64,000 nucleotides of DNA from an uncultured delta proteobacterium (GCA_963826125.1 CAWGVV010000002.1:356613-420612), one strand, 5' to 3'. Positions 37,877-48,055 are shown, counted from the first letter of the stretch. The notes: generated from the sequence alone by a model not told the origin. Numbers and translations are program-made.

Positions 37877-38962
37877 TCAACCGTTCTTGCGGGCGAATTC
37901 CTTCATGAAGTCGGCCAGCGCCTGAACTCCCTGTACCGACATGGCGTTGTAGATGGAAGCGCGGCAACCTCCGACGCTCCGGTGCCCTTTGAGGCCCACC
38001 AGTTCGTTTTTAGTGGCTTCGGCGATGAATTTCTTTTCCAGGTTTTCATCGGGAAGCCTGAAGGTGACGTTCATAAGGGAACGACTATCGCGATCGGCCG
38101 TGCCCCGGTAGAAATCCTGCTCGTCGATAGCATTATAGAGGATGTCCGCCTTCTGCCGGTTGATCCGCTCCATGGCCGCCAATCCACCCACGGTTTCCTC
38201 CAGCCATTTCATCACCAGTTCAACGATATAGATGGCGAACACCGGCGGGGTATTGTAGAGGGAGTTGTTATCCGCGTACGTGGTGTATTTGAGCATCGAC
38301 GGCAAATCGGACGGAGTGCGTTCCAGCAGGTCTTTTCTGATGATGGCCAGACACACTCCCGAGGGACCCGCGTTCTTCTGTGCTCCCGCATAGATGAAGC
38401 CGAAGGGGGCGGGATCGAACGGCCGGCTCAGGAAATCGGAACTCATGTCGCACACCAGCGGGACGTTTCCGGCGTCCGGGAAGGCGGAAAACTGGGTGCC
38501 CTTGATGGTGTTGTTGGACGTGAGGTGGAGGTAGGCCGCGTCCGGGTCCACCGGAATGGAAGCGGGGACGTAACAGAAGTTGCGATCTTCCGAGGAGGCG
38601 ACGACGTTCACCTTCTTCCCCAGAACGCGCGCTTCCTTAATGGCCTTGGTGGACCACGTGCCCGTGTTGACATAGTCCGCCACGGACCCTTCGGGAACCA
38701 TATTCATGGGAATCATGCAGAACTGCATGCTGGCCCCTCCGGGAAGGAACAGCACCTGGAAAGCGTCTCCCAGCCCGAGCATTCGTTTTATGCGTTCAAT
38801 GGCGCTGGTCAGAACGGCTTCGAAGAGCGGCGCCCGATGGCTGATTTCCAGGACCGACATGCCCGACCCCTTGAAGTCGATCAACTCCGCCTGCATTTCC
38901 TCAAGGACCGGAAGCGGCAGGGCCGCGGGGCCCGGATTGAAATTGAACACGCGATGACTCAT
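37877..38962 (-). CDS. serC: Phosphoserine aminotransferase
   Basis: The N-terminus MSHRVFNFNPGPAALPLPVLEEMQAELIDFKGSGMSVLEISHRAP... is the canonical SerC start, and a PLP-binding Lys region is present. The 361-aa length fits. Confidence 0.9.
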   Translation of the reverse strand: MSHRVFNFNPGPAALPLPVLEEMQAELIDFKGSGMSVLEISHRAPLFEAVLTSAIERIKRMLGLGDAFQVLFLPGGASMQFCMIPMNMVPEGSVADYVNTGTWSTKAIKEARVLGKKVNVVASSEDRNFCYVPASIPVDPDAAYLHLTSNNTIKGTQFSAFPDAGNVPLVCDMSSDFLSRPFDPAPFGFIYAGAQKNAGPSGVCLAIIRKDLLERTPSDLPSMLKYTTYADNNSLYNTPPVFAIYIVELVMKWLEETVGGLAAMERINRQKADILYNAIDEQDFYRGTADRDSRSLMNVTFRLPDENLEKKFIAEATKNELVGLKGHRSVGGCRASIYNAMSVQGVQALADFMKEFARKNG

Positions 38963-39172
38963 GGCACTCTCCTCTGGCGAATGAATTTCGGTCCGCCGGT
39001 CTCGTTTTCACCTATCGTGGAGGAGTTAGCGCACAATACCGGAGGATGTCAATAGCGTGCAAAAGCGCGTTAGGGCGAAATAGTCCCCGCCCGGTAAGTG
39101 ACATTTTATTGTCAAATGATGCCCACTATGCTATTTTCCGTGTAATTTCACCGAGTGAGGGTTTGCCGTTTC

Positions 39173-39601
39173 ATGATCGCGTTCGACTTAAAGTGTGTGA
39201 ACGACCACATGTTCGAAGGCTGGTTCGACAGCGGCGCCGCGTTCGACAGCCAGAAGGCGCGTAATCTCATCACCTGCCCCCTGTGCGGCTCCAATCAGGT
39301 GGACAAGGTCCTCTCCTCTTTCACCATCGGGAGCGGACGCCAGGAGCCGGCGGAAAACAGTTCCCCCCCCGCCGAACTTCCCCCGGACGCCGCGCGCAAG
39401 CTGATCAGGCAAATCTATAAATACATCGAGACCAATTTCGAAGACGTCGGCGCGGACTTTTCCAAGGAAGCGCTCAAGATTCACTACGGCGTCACGGAGC
39501 AGCGCAACATCAAGGGCTCGTCCACCACGGAAGAGGAAGAACAACTCCGCGATGAGGGCGTGTCTTTTATGAAAATCCCCGTTCCGCGCTACGACGCCTG
39601 A
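39173..39601 (+). CDS. DUF1178-like protein
   Basis: MIAFDLKCVNDHMFEGWFDSGAAFDSQKARNLITCPLCGS is the characteristic DUF1178 N-terminus with a CxxC zinc-ribbon-like motif. Confidence 0.55.
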   Translation: MIAFDLKCVNDHMFEGWFDSGAAFDSQKARNLITCPLCGSNQVDKVLSSFTIGSGRQEPAENSSPPAELPPDAARKLIRQIYKYIETNFEDVGADFSKEALKIHYGVTEQRNIKGSSTTEEEEQLRDEGVSFMKIPVPRYDA

Positions 39602-39739
39602 CCATCCCCCGTTTTTGTTTCGAAGCGAGTTCCGCGAGGGTGTAATCACCCCATTTCCCCGTTCTCTCCGGTTTTTGACATTCCCCGGTCCCGACACTAT
39701 TTTTATTTATGTATTCTGAAAAATCGGGGAGGTGAGTAT

Positions 39740-40012
39740 ATGAAAGAAGAGGGAATTTATCTGCGCGGCTACGAGCATCTAACTCCCAACGAACGGACTC
39801 GCGCCCGGCGCGCCGATAAAATCTACGGTGCCGTAGCGCGCGAAGTCGGTGTGGAAATGGACGCTTTCTATTCGCTGTGCGGCTGGCTGGAATACCTGGA
39901 AACCGACATGGAAGACGCGCAGCTATGGGAAACCGCCAGGGTCGAACTGACGGATGTAGCATCGGGGAAAATGATTCCCGGCCAAGGGGAGTGTTCCTTC
40001 AGTCTCCATTGA
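39740..40012 (+). CDS. Small hypothetical protein (90 aa)
   Basis: A strong GGGGAGGTG ribosome-binding site lies 7 nt upstream of the ATG. I recognised no motif. Confidence 0.45.
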   Translation: MKEEGIYLRGYEHLTPNERTRARRADKIYGAVAREVGVEMDAFYSLCGWLEYLETDMEDAQLWETARVELTDVASGKMIPGQGECSFSLH

Positions 40013-40164
40013 CGGCAGGCATTTCTCATTGATTGGGCAACGCCCACCTGCCGAAAGGCGTGCTTTCGTTGGTGGCTGCTCATTCAACTCATCAAAATTT
40101 CGAAGGTGTAGTCTTCCCAAAGATCACACTGATTCACTATACTGTTCGCAAAGGAGGAGACCCC

Positions 40165-40386
40165 ATGAAAGCGAAAGTCGATCAGGTGAAATGCGACATT
40201 ACGGGAAGGTGCGTAAAAATTTGTCCCGAAGTTTTTCAATTCCAGGTCGGTTCCAAAAAGGCCAAAGCCCCGGACGACGATATTCCTCTGCGGTTCGAGG
40301 AAAAGTGCCGGGAAGCGGCGGAGCAATGTCCTGTGGGCGCCATTGAAATTCTTGAGGACGAGTGTTCGGATTGCTGCGAGTGCTGA
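40165..40386 (+). CDS. Small ferredoxin (single [3Fe-4S]/[4Fe-4S] cluster type)
   Basis: From the internal Met, MKAKVDQVKCDITGRCVKICPEVF...AEQCPVGAIEI shows a Cys pattern typical of 7-kDa ferredoxins. An AAAGGAGGAG ribosome-binding site sits upstream. Confidence 0.6.
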   Translation: MKAKVDQVKCDITGRCVKICPEVFQFQVGSKKAKAPDDDIPLRFEEKCREAAEQCPVGAIEILEDECSDCCEC

Positions 40387-40426
40387 CCGGGGAGGAGACG
40401 TTCCACGGAGATAGCGGCGGAGTGCC

Positions 40427-40747
40427 TTGTTCGATTCACTGAAAGCGGTGTACGAGCGATTGAAAGAAGGAAAACCCGGCGAGCGGTTCATTCGGTATTA
40501 CGAAAAAACGAAAAACAAAGACAAGGATCATCCGGTCAAAAAATGGTTACTGATCGCCGGCTCCGCCCTCTTGGCGCTTATCGGCATCATCATTTCCCTG
40601 CCCCCGGGGATACCGGGATTCTTTTTGTGGATACCGGCTCTGGGGCTTCTTGCTTCTCGTGTTCGCCCCGTGGCCGTGGTTCTGGACAAGATCGAAGTCG
40701 GCGTTCGCGATGTTCTCCAGAAAATACGGCAGGTGATAAAACAGTAG
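40427..40747 (+). CDS. Small membrane protein with PGPGW-like motif
   Basis: Two TM helices flank the motif LPPGIPGFFLWIP, which resembles the PGPGW family. Confidence 0.45.
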   Translation: MFDSLKAVYERLKEGKPGERFIRYYEKTKNKDKDHPVKKWLLIAGSALLALIGIIISLPPGIPGFFLWIPALGLLASRVRPVAVVLDKIEVGVRDVLQKIRQVIKQ

Positions 40748-40783
40748 CGAGACCTTCCGAAAGGTTCGGTCCATGGAGCGCCC

Positions 40784-42319
40784 ATGCAGGCGAGTGAAGC
40801 ATCGACACCGTTGCCGCGAAACCCGCACCTTTACGAGATCAATACCCGAGTATGGTTGAACGGACTGTCCCGGCGCCTGGGCCGAAGGGTCACGCTGGGC
40901 ACTGTGCCGCGGGAACTATGGGAAGAGTTGAAGGCGTTGGGCACGGACCTCGTCTGGCTCATGGGGGTGTGGATGCCCAGCGGTGCGAGCAGAAGTATCG
41001 CCGCTTCCCTCCCCTTTCTGCGGGATGAGTATCGTGCCGTGCTGCCCGATTTCACCGACGAGGACATCGTGGGCTCGGCGTATTCCGTGGCGGGGTATCG
41101 TCTCAACCCCGCGCTCGGCGACGAGGAAGACCTGGACAGGGTGCGGGACGCGATTCATGCGGCGGGCATGAAAGTGGTCCTCGATTTCGTGCCCAATCAC
41201 ACTTCAATTGACCACGAGTGGACGTCGTCTCACCCGGAACGATACGTGGGGAGCGACGACCCTTCCTTGTTCGGTCCGGGGGAAGTCTTCCCCGTGCGGG
41301 GTGATGACGGGCTGGAGCGGTGGATCGCCCACGGCAGGGACCCGAATTTCCCCCCGTGGACGGATACCGCTCAGCTCAATGCGTTCAGTTCCGAAACGCG
41401 CAGAGCCGTTTCGGAGGAATTGCTGCGGCTGGGGCAGTGGTGCGATGGGCTGCGCTGCGACATGGCCATGTTGATGCTCAACCGGCAATTCGCGAATACG
41501 TGGCAGCGATGGCTCGGCGCCGGTGGGATCGTTCCGGAAACCGAATTCTGGACCGCGGTACTTACCCCCCTGAAACAGCGGTTCCCCGAATTCGTTCTCA
41601 TTGCGGAGGAATACTGGGGCTGTGACGAGCAACTTTTGAACCTTGGGTTCGACTACACCTACGACAAGGAAGGCTACGATCACCTCCGGTCGGGCGACAT
41701 TCCGGGGTTGAAGCGGCATCTCTCCGCGGAAGGTCCGCGTTCCGGGTCCCGGATACGCTTTCTGGAAAATCACGACGAAGATCGAATGGCCGCGGCTTTC
41801 CCGGAGGGAGCATGGCGGAGCGCGGCCGTGATTCATGGGACCACCCCCGGGATGCGGTTGTTTCATGACGGGCAACTGGAGGGGAAGACCGTGCGGGTGC
41901 CCGTCCAGCTGGGCAGGGGACCGCAGGAGCGGGGAAACCGGGAGATCGCGGACTTCTACCGCCGGCTCCTGGCGATCGTCGGAGATCCCCTGCTGAAAGA
42001 AGGGGAAGGAACCGTGCTGGAAATTTCTTCCGCATGGGAAGGCGACTCCGGCTACCGATCACTCCTGGCATTCGGCTATCGTCACGGTCCCCGCCGGGCT
42101 ATTGTGGCCGTGAACCACGGTACGTCGACTGCTTCGGGATATGTGCATTTTCCGCCCGGCTTTCTGCCGGGGGGCACTGGTTGCCTGCTGGCGGACAAAC
42201 TCGCGTCCACCGATTCGCTGTATGAACGCGAAACCGGCGAAATGAACGGTAAGGGACTTTATGTGCGGTTGGAATCTCGCGAAAGCCACGTTTTCTTTGC
42301 GCGTGTCACCGTGGAATGA
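40784..42319 (+). CDS. Glycoside hydrolase family 13 (alpha-amylase-like) protein
   Basis: The GH13 conserved regions are present: VLDFVPNHTS (region I), a GLRCDMA-like region II containing the nucleophile Asp, and FLENHDE (region IV). Confidence 0.75.
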   Translation: MQASEASTPLPRNPHLYEINTRVWLNGLSRRLGRRVTLGTVPRELWEELKALGTDLVWLMGVWMPSGASRSIAASLPFLRDEYRAVLPDFTDEDIVGSAYSVAGYRLNPALGDEEDLDRVRDAIHAAGMKVVLDFVPNHTSIDHEWTSSHPERYVGSDDPSLFGPGEVFPVRGDDGLERWIAHGRDPNFPPWTDTAQLNAFSSETRRAVSEELLRLGQWCDGLRCDMAMLMLNRQFANTWQRWLGAGGIVPETEFWTAVLTPLKQRFPEFVLIAEEYWGCDEQLLNLGFDYTYDKEGYDHLRSGDIPGLKRHLSAEGPRSGSRIRFLENHDEDRMAAAFPEGAWRSAAVIHGTTPGMRLFHDGQLEGKTVRVPVQLGRGPQERGNREIADFYRRLLAIVGDPLLKEGEGTVLEISSAWEGDSGYRSLLAFGYRHGPRRAIVAVNHGTSTASGYVHFPPGFLPGGTGCLLADKLASTDSLYERETGEMNGKGLYVRLESRESHVFFARVTVE

Positions 42320-42553
42320 TGAAATAAAAATAGTAAATGGAACCTTAGATCATAATAATTGTATTAAACAAAAATTTATTGTAAATACCTATAAAGATTT
42401 TTCGTAGAGAGCCGATCCCAAACATACCTTTCCATCTTGTGCCTTTTCTTTTTTAAAAAACAGGTGAAACACGGTTCGGATTCGGAGCCGAATGCAACCG
42501 CCCGCCGAGCCGCCGAGAGACGAAGCAAGGCTTCATCGGGAGGAGGGGCTTCC

Positions 42554-43777
42554 ATGAATATCTTCCTGGCGCGTCAGCCGATTTTCGACCGGAAAATGAA
42601 CGTATTCGGGTATGAGCTTCTCTTCCGTTCAGGAACCAAGAACTACTACGATGGGACGGACGCCAGCGCCGATTCTCTGAACGTTATCAGCAACGCGTTG
42701 CTGATCCTGGGGCTGGAGGAGGTCACCGGGGGGAGAAAGGCATTCATCAATTTCGGAGAAGGGTTACTGAAAAGCTCGGTGGTCCTGAGTCTGCCGAAGG
42801 CGCTCACCGTCATCGAAATCCTGGAAGACGCCAAAGTGGACGACGAACTCGTTACCATCTGCAGAGACTTTCACGATCAGGGGTACTTGATTTGTCTGGA
42901 CGATTTTGCTCTCGAAAACGAGAGCATGCATGCGCTGCTCACCTTCGCCGACATCGTGAAGGTGGATGTTCAGGCCGTCAAAGGGGAAAACAGGAGAAAA
43001 ACCGTAGAACTCCTCCGCAAGAGGGACCTGAAGATGCTGGCCGAAAAGGTGGAAACGAGGGAGGAGTACAAGGAAGCGGTGGATTTGGGCTACACCCTTT
43101 TCCAGGGCTATTTCTTCTGCGAACCCACCATCATGGTGAGCAAGGACATTCCTCACAACAAGATGGCCTACCTGCGTTTCATCCACGAAGTGAACCGGCC
43201 GGAAATGGATTTCGACCGGCTGGAGCAGACCATAAAACAGGACACGGGACTCTGCTTCAAGCTCCTCAAATACATGAATTCCGCCTTCTTCGGTTTTCGC
43301 CAGAAAATCGCTTCCGTCCGTCAGGCGCTCGCGCTGTTGGGTGAGAAAAACATCAAACGGTGGGCCACCCTGGTGGCGTTCGTGAACCTCTGCACCGATT
43401 GTCCGATGGAGGTGCTGCGTACTTCCATCGTGAGGGCGAACCTCTGTTCGCATCTTGCCCTCAAGACGGGCATGGATAAAACGGAACCCGAATTGTACCT
43501 CATCGGCATGTTTTCTCTTATCGACGTCATCCTCGGCCGGGAAATGCGGCAGGTCCTGGACCACATTCCCCTGTCGGATACGGCCAAGCGCACGCTTCTG
43601 GGAGATTCCACCCGGTACCGGGATATTCTCCATCTCGTGGTCACCTATGAAAGGGCGGACTGGCGAAGATACATGGATTGCGCCGCCCGGCTTCAACTGG
43701 ACGAAGCCGACCTCCCCCATCGCTACTTCGACAGCATCAACAGCGTGAACTCCATCATCCGACTGAGTTCCGAATAA
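42554..43777 (+). CDS. EAL-domain c-di-GMP phosphodiesterase-like protein fused to a C-terminal HDOD domain
   Basis: The start MNIFLARQPIFDRKMNVFGYELLFR is the EAL-domain opening, preceded by a GGGAGGAGGGG ribosome-binding site. EIL(E) and DDF motifs are present, and the C-terminal ~200 aa is HDOD-like. Confidence 0.8.
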   Translation: MNIFLARQPIFDRKMNVFGYELLFRSGTKNYYDGTDASADSLNVISNALLILGLEEVTGGRKAFINFGEGLLKSSVVLSLPKALTVIEILEDAKVDDELVTICRDFHDQGYLICLDDFALENESMHALLTFADIVKVDVQAVKGENRRKTVELLRKRDLKMLAEKVETREEYKEAVDLGYTLFQGYFFCEPTIMVSKDIPHNKMAYLRFIHEVNRPEMDFDRLEQTIKQDTGLCFKLLKYMNSAFFGFRQKIASVRQALALLGEKNIKRWATLVAFVNLCTDCPMEVLRTSIVRANLCSHLALKTGMDKTEPELYLIGMFSLIDVILGREMRQVLDHIPLSDTAKRTLLGDSTRYRDILHLVVTYERADWRRYMDCAARLQLDEADLPHRYFDSINSVNSIIRLSSE

Positions 43778-43920
43778 ACGACGGCGGGCAAAAAGAAGGG
43801 CGGCCTTTTCCGGCCGCCCGATTCTGTTGATAAAGCATTGCGAGCCGTCACCCGGGCGAAAGGCTCACCGCGGAATTTCGGGAAGTGCTTTTTCTTTGGC
43901 AGAGTGAAAGTCGCTCTTTT

Positions 43921-43942
43921 TTCGTTTTGTTGCGTTCTCCCT
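43921..43942 (+). terminator. Rho-independent terminator candidate
   Basis: A hairpin (agagtga-aag-tcgctct) is followed by TTTTTTCGTTTTGTTG. A second GC hairpin (gggcggcc-ttttcc-ggccgccc) lies at 43798-43819, immediately after the EAL gene stop. Confidence 0.5.
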
Positions 43943-43960
43943 TCGATACCTCGGGGCGAA

Positions 43961-44034
43961 CGGATCACCTTCGGCCGAGGGCCACCTTGGACCGTTCGGG
44001 CTGAGGTATCGAAGCCCGGATGGTCCGGTTCAAT
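43961..44034. repeat. Long imperfect inverted repeat / ~74-nt hairpin downstream of the REC-PBP-CheW gene
   Basis: A 12-bp perfect outer stem (cttcgatacctc / gaggtatcgaag) pairs with an inner stem (gcgaacgg / ccgttcgg). The ~28-nt internal loop is itself GC-rich. Confidence 0.5.
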
Positions 44035-44105
44035 CCCACGGCAGCAAACTTTTGCGGAATGGCGAGTGCGCCCGGAATCCGCTTATCACCGGTCGGAACT
44101 GCTCT

Positions 44106-46061
44106 TCAGGCCGCCTTCAGCAGGCAGAACGCCGAACCGCCGACCACTTCGTCGATGTCCAGCAGAATCTTCACCTGCCCGCTCACCTTTGCCATGCCCC
44201 GAATGAAATTCACCTTGCCTTCGGACCCGAAGGACGGAGCGTCCTCTATTTCGTCGCCTTTGATGGTCAGGACCTCCGATACGGAATCGACCACCATCCC
44301 GATCATGTGCGACCGTGTTTTCCGCACGATATCGAGCACGATGATGCAGGTGCGTTCGTCATAGGCCCGCTCTTCAAGGCAGAACGCCAACCGCATGTCG
44401 AATACCGGAATCACCTTGCCCCGAAGGTTGATGACCCCCTTGATGCACTCGGGCGTGCGGGGGATGGACGTGATGGCCGTCATACCGATAATCTCTTTGA
44501 CCTTGAGAATTTCGAGGCCGTATTCCTCTTTTCCGATGGCAAAGGTGAGGTACTTGCCCTCCTTGCCCAGCATCGATTTGGCGGCCTGAGTGGACTGTCG
44601 GCGTTTGAATATGTTCGATGAGATGTCCGCCTTGGGAGCGACTCCCTTGACTGCCTGGAGGGTCGGTGTCTTGGCGCACGCTTTCTCGGCGAAGCGCATG
44701 TCGACGAACCCGTCGATGTCGATGATGTCTCCGATCCCCATCTCGTCGTGCATGTACTGTTGAATGCGGTCGAGGTCTTCCTTCACGGGGAAGAGATCGC
44801 CGGTTCTGATCCCCTGGGCTTCGGTGAGGACGTTTTTCAACACCTGGACCTTGAGACCCAGTTCCTTGCGGGGGTCCAGAAACCCTACCGCGATTTCCGC
44901 GGCTCTCGCCGGCTGTTCTTCAACAAACCGGCCGGCTTTCACCAGCAAGTCGGTGAACTCGTGCATGGCCTCGGGGTACGCTTCCAGGAAGGAGTCCCTC
45001 ATGGCCACGACGCAGCAGGGGTGCCCGGGCCACAGTTCGCTCGACAGATACTGCAGCTCCGCCAATCCTCCGGCAATGGCCTTGGTGCCCAGGGGTTCCG
45101 CCACCATAAAGCCGCAGGCGCTGTCTCCGGCTCCCAGCAGTTCAGGCATCTTGATGGGAGGCACCACTTCGAACTGGACGTCGACGGCCTCCTTGCCCAA
45201 CATTCCCGGCCGCAATCCCATTTCCCGGAAAAACATGTGGGACAGCATGTTGTGGACGGACATCTTGTGCGGAATGTAGAACGTCTTGTTCCGAAAGGTT
45301 TCAGCAAACGGCTGCTGCAGCGGAACTTTCCTGTTCCTCACGCAGATGCTGCCGTTCTTGTGCGCCAGCAGAGTCATTTTGATGGGGGTCTTGTTGGCGT
45401 ACAGGTCCATGGCGATGGGAGCCAGAATGAACGCGCCGTCCACTTCTCCCGTTTCCAACGACTGCTGGACGGGATTCCATCCGCCCATGCAGGACGTCTC
45501 CAGGACGAAGTGGTGGGGCGTGACCTGGCCGCTGTCGATCATCTGCCGGGCCACGCCGAGGATGAGATGGTCGGTGATCTGAATGTGAGCCATCCGCATC
45601 CTGACCTTCCCGTCCTCCGTGATGTCCGGCTGCCGCGCTTCGACGGGAGTATCGTCTTCCTTTTCCCCGCTCATGGCGCGCTCGATGGCCGACTTCAGTT
45701 CGTCGGGCGTGAAGGGCTTCGGCACGCACGCGCTCACCCCCGCCTCAACTGCGATTCCCACCTGTTTCTTGTCCGACTGGGCGGTCGCCATGATGAAGGG
45801 GATGTGTCGGAACGGTTCCTCGGCGCGCACCCACTGCAGGAGTTCGTACCCGTCCATGTCGGGCATGTTCCAGTCGCTGATGATGAGGTGGACGCCGTCG
45901 GAAGCCTTGATCTTCTGCACCGCGTCGTTGCCGTCTTTGGCTTCCAGGACCGACGTGAAGCCGAGGTCCTTGAGCGTCTTGGCCTGCATTTTCCGCATTA
46001 CTGCGGAATCTTCCACGAGGAGGATGTTTATGGAAGGATCTACGGGCATGGTGTACTCCAT
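44106..46061 (-). CDS. Signal-transduction fusion protein: CheY-like receiver + NMT1/SsuA-like PBP domain + C-terminal CheW domain
   Basis: The N-terminal REC domain is ILLVEDSAVMRK...ISDWNMPDMDGYEL. The middle ~300 aa resembles periplasmic-binding-protein type 2 (NMT1/THI5/SsuA-like) but has no signal peptide. The C-terminal ~140 aa is CheW-like (...EYGLEILKVKEIIGMTAITSIPRTPECIKGVINLRGKVIPVFDMR...). Confidence 0.7.
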   Translation of the reverse strand: MEYTMPVDPSINILLVEDSAVMRKMQAKTLKDLGFTSVLEAKDGNDAVQKIKASDGVHLIISDWNMPDMDGYELLQWVRAEEPFRHIPFIMATAQSDKKQVGIAVEAGVSACVPKPFTPDELKSAIERAMSGEKEDDTPVEARQPDITEDGKVRMRMAHIQITDHLILGVARQMIDSGQVTPHHFVLETSCMGGWNPVQQSLETGEVDGAFILAPIAMDLYANKTPIKMTLLAHKNGSICVRNRKVPLQQPFAETFRNKTFYIPHKMSVHNMLSHMFFREMGLRPGMLGKEAVDVQFEVVPPIKMPELLGAGDSACGFMVAEPLGTKAIAGGLAELQYLSSELWPGHPCCVVAMRDSFLEAYPEAMHEFTDLLVKAGRFVEEQPARAAEIAVGFLDPRKELGLKVQVLKNVLTEAQGIRTGDLFPVKEDLDRIQQYMHDEMGIGDIIDIDGFVDMRFAEKACAKTPTLQAVKGVAPKADISSNIFKRRQSTQAAKSMLGKEGKYLTFAIGKEEYGLEILKVKEIIGMTAITSIPRTPECIKGVINLRGKVIPVFDMRLAFCLEERAYDERTCIIVLDIVRKTRSHMIGMVVDSVSEVLTIKGDEIEDAPSFGSEGKVNFIRGMAKVSGQVKILLDIDEVVGGSAFCLLKAA

Positions 46062-46275
46062 ATCGTTCGAATCGATCGACGAATTATGTTGATCTCCCCG
46101 GGACATGGGGAGATGCTGAACCAATCATTGCCCATAACATCGGCAACCGCAGCCAAAACATGAGAGGCGGAAATCATCTTTTGGCCCTTTCTCCTCCTGG
46201 AGCTTGACAAGGGAGTGCCGTCCCACGTATGCGGAAATGAATCTTCTTTCTACCTTCGGGAGGCCATGCGGCGAC

Positions 46276-46554
46276 ATGGAAAAGGAACTGTGTTTTATCT
46301 CGGTCATCGGAAACGACCGCAAGGGCATTATCGCCACCATCTCCAACTACCTCTACCTGCATAACGTCAACATCGAAGACCTGAGCCAGAAAATCATGCA
46401 GGGGTATTTCGTCATGACCATGCTGGTGGACGTGGCCGAAGCGGACGTGCCGATCGAAACCATGCGGGACGATCTGCAGGCGGTGGGCGACAAAATGCAC
46501 CTCAAGATCCAGATCCAGCACCAGAACATCTTCAACGCCATGCACAGGATGTAA
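46276..46554 (+). CDS. ACT-domain protein (partner of UPF0210)
   Basis: From the internal Met, MEKELCFISVIGNDRKGIIATISNYLYLHNVNIEDLSQ... is an ACT fold. It is the conserved upstream partner of the DUF711/UPF0210 gene. Confidence 0.7.
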   Translation: MEKELCFISVIGNDRKGIIATISNYLYLHNVNIEDLSQKIMQGYFVMTMLVDVAEADVPIETMRDDLQAVGDKMHLKIQIQHQNIFNAMHRM

Positions 46555-46558
46555 CCCC

Positions 46559-47920
46559 ATGTCCATTACCCTGGAGGAAGTGTTCGAAACAGTCAGCATG
46601 ACCCTGTTTCAAAATCTGGACATTCGCTGCGTGACCCTGGGCGTCAACCTGAAAGACTGCGTCCGTACCGATTTCAACGAGTTCTGCGACCGGGTGTACG
46701 GGAAAATCCGGGCCAAGGCCGTGGACCTCATCCGGCACGCGCACACGCTGGAAGAAAAGTACGGCGTGCCCATCACCAACAAGCGCATCTCCGTGACGCC
46801 GGTGTCCCTCATCATGGAGCCGTTCGCGGACAACCCGGAGCTGTTCGTGCGCATGGCCCAGACCCTCGATCGGGCGGCGGCCGACGCGGGAATCGATTTC
46901 ATCGGCGGCTACGGCGCGCTGGTGCAGAAGGGCATTACCCCCTCGGAGGAGACGCTCATCGAATCGCTGCCCGACGTCATGGTTTCCACTGCTCGGGTGT
47001 GCTCCTTCCTGAACGTGGGGAGCCACGTGTCGGGGCTCAACCTGGACGCCATCCTGAAAATCGGCCGGGTGTTGAAACGGGTGGCCGAACGCACCCCCAA
47101 CGGCGTTGGTTGCGCCCGGTTCGTCATTTTCGTGAACGCGCCCGAGGACAACCCCTTCATGGCCGGAGCGTTCCACGGCGTGGGCGAACCCGATTACTCC
47201 CTCAACATCGGCATCAGCGGACCCGGCGTGGTGCAGACCGTAGTGGACCGCAATCCGGACCTGAACATCAGCGACCTGGCGGACGTCATCAAGAAAACGG
47301 CCTTCAAGATCACCCGGTCCGGCGAACTCATCGGCCGTGAGCTGGCGGCCATGCTGAAGGTGCCCTTCGGCATCGTGGACATCTCTCTTGCTCCCACCAC
47401 CAAGGAAGGGGATTCCGTCGCCCGGATTCTGCAAGGCATGGGCGTGGATCAGGTGGGTGCGCCCGGGACCACCCTGGCGGTCGCCGTACTCGTGGACGCG
47501 GTGAAGAAGGGCGGCGCCATGGCCAGCGCCAGCATCGGGGGATTGAGCGGGACGTTCATTCCGGTGAGCGAGGACCTGGGCATGATCGAGAGCGTTCTGG
47601 CCGGAGCCCTCACCCTGGAAAAGCTGGAAGCCATGACGGCCGTCTGTTCGGTTGGCATGGACATGTTCGCCGTGCCCGGATCGACCCCGGCGGAAGTCAT
47701 CAGCGCCATCATCGCCGACGAACTCGCCATAGGAGTGGTCAACAACAAGACCACCGCCGTGCGCATCATTCCCGTGCCAGGCATGGAGGAAGGCGACGTG
47801 GCCGACTTCGGAGGATTGTTGGGACGCGCGCCGGTCATGCGGGTGAACCCCTTCTCCTCGGCCCGCCTCATGCGCCGCGGCGGCCGCATGCCCGCGCCGA
47901 TCACGAGTTTGAGGAATTGA
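46559..47920 (+). CDS. UPF0210 family protein (DUF711)
   Basis: A 453-aa ORF whose N-terminus (MSITLEEVFETVSMTLFQNLDIRCVTLGVNL) matches the widely conserved UPF0210 family, including its Gly-rich segments. Confidence 0.8.
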   Translation: MSITLEEVFETVSMTLFQNLDIRCVTLGVNLKDCVRTDFNEFCDRVYGKIRAKAVDLIRHAHTLEEKYGVPITNKRISVTPVSLIMEPFADNPELFVRMAQTLDRAAADAGIDFIGGYGALVQKGITPSEETLIESLPDVMVSTARVCSFLNVGSHVSGLNLDAILKIGRVLKRVAERTPNGVGCARFVIFVNAPEDNPFMAGAFHGVGEPDYSLNIGISGPGVVQTVVDRNPDLNISDLADVIKKTAFKITRSGELIGRELAAMLKVPFGIVDISLAPTTKEGDSVARILQGMGVDQVGAPGTTLAVAVLVDAVKKGGAMASASIGGLSGTFIPVSEDLGMIESVLAGALTLEKLEAMTAVCSVGMDMFAVPGSTPAEVISAIIADELAIGVVNNKTTAVRIIPVPGMEEGDVADFGGLLGRAPVMRVNPFSSARLMRRGGRMPAPITSLRN

Positions 47921-48055
47921 AAATGACAACGATATGAAGAGTTTTAACCTTGCGACTTAGGTTCATCTTTTCAGGCATTGAGATCAATGTTTCGCCAAAA
48001 AAGTACAAGAACATGATCATATCCAATGCAGTTGATCATGTTAATGCGTTCGTGA

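Noticed and set aside
44748-46163. 471-aa plus-strand ORF antisense to the REC-PBP-CheW gene, and the 465-aa minus ORF at 46532-47929 antisense to UPF0210
   Set aside because: Both are shadow ORFs of well-supported genes on the opposite strand.
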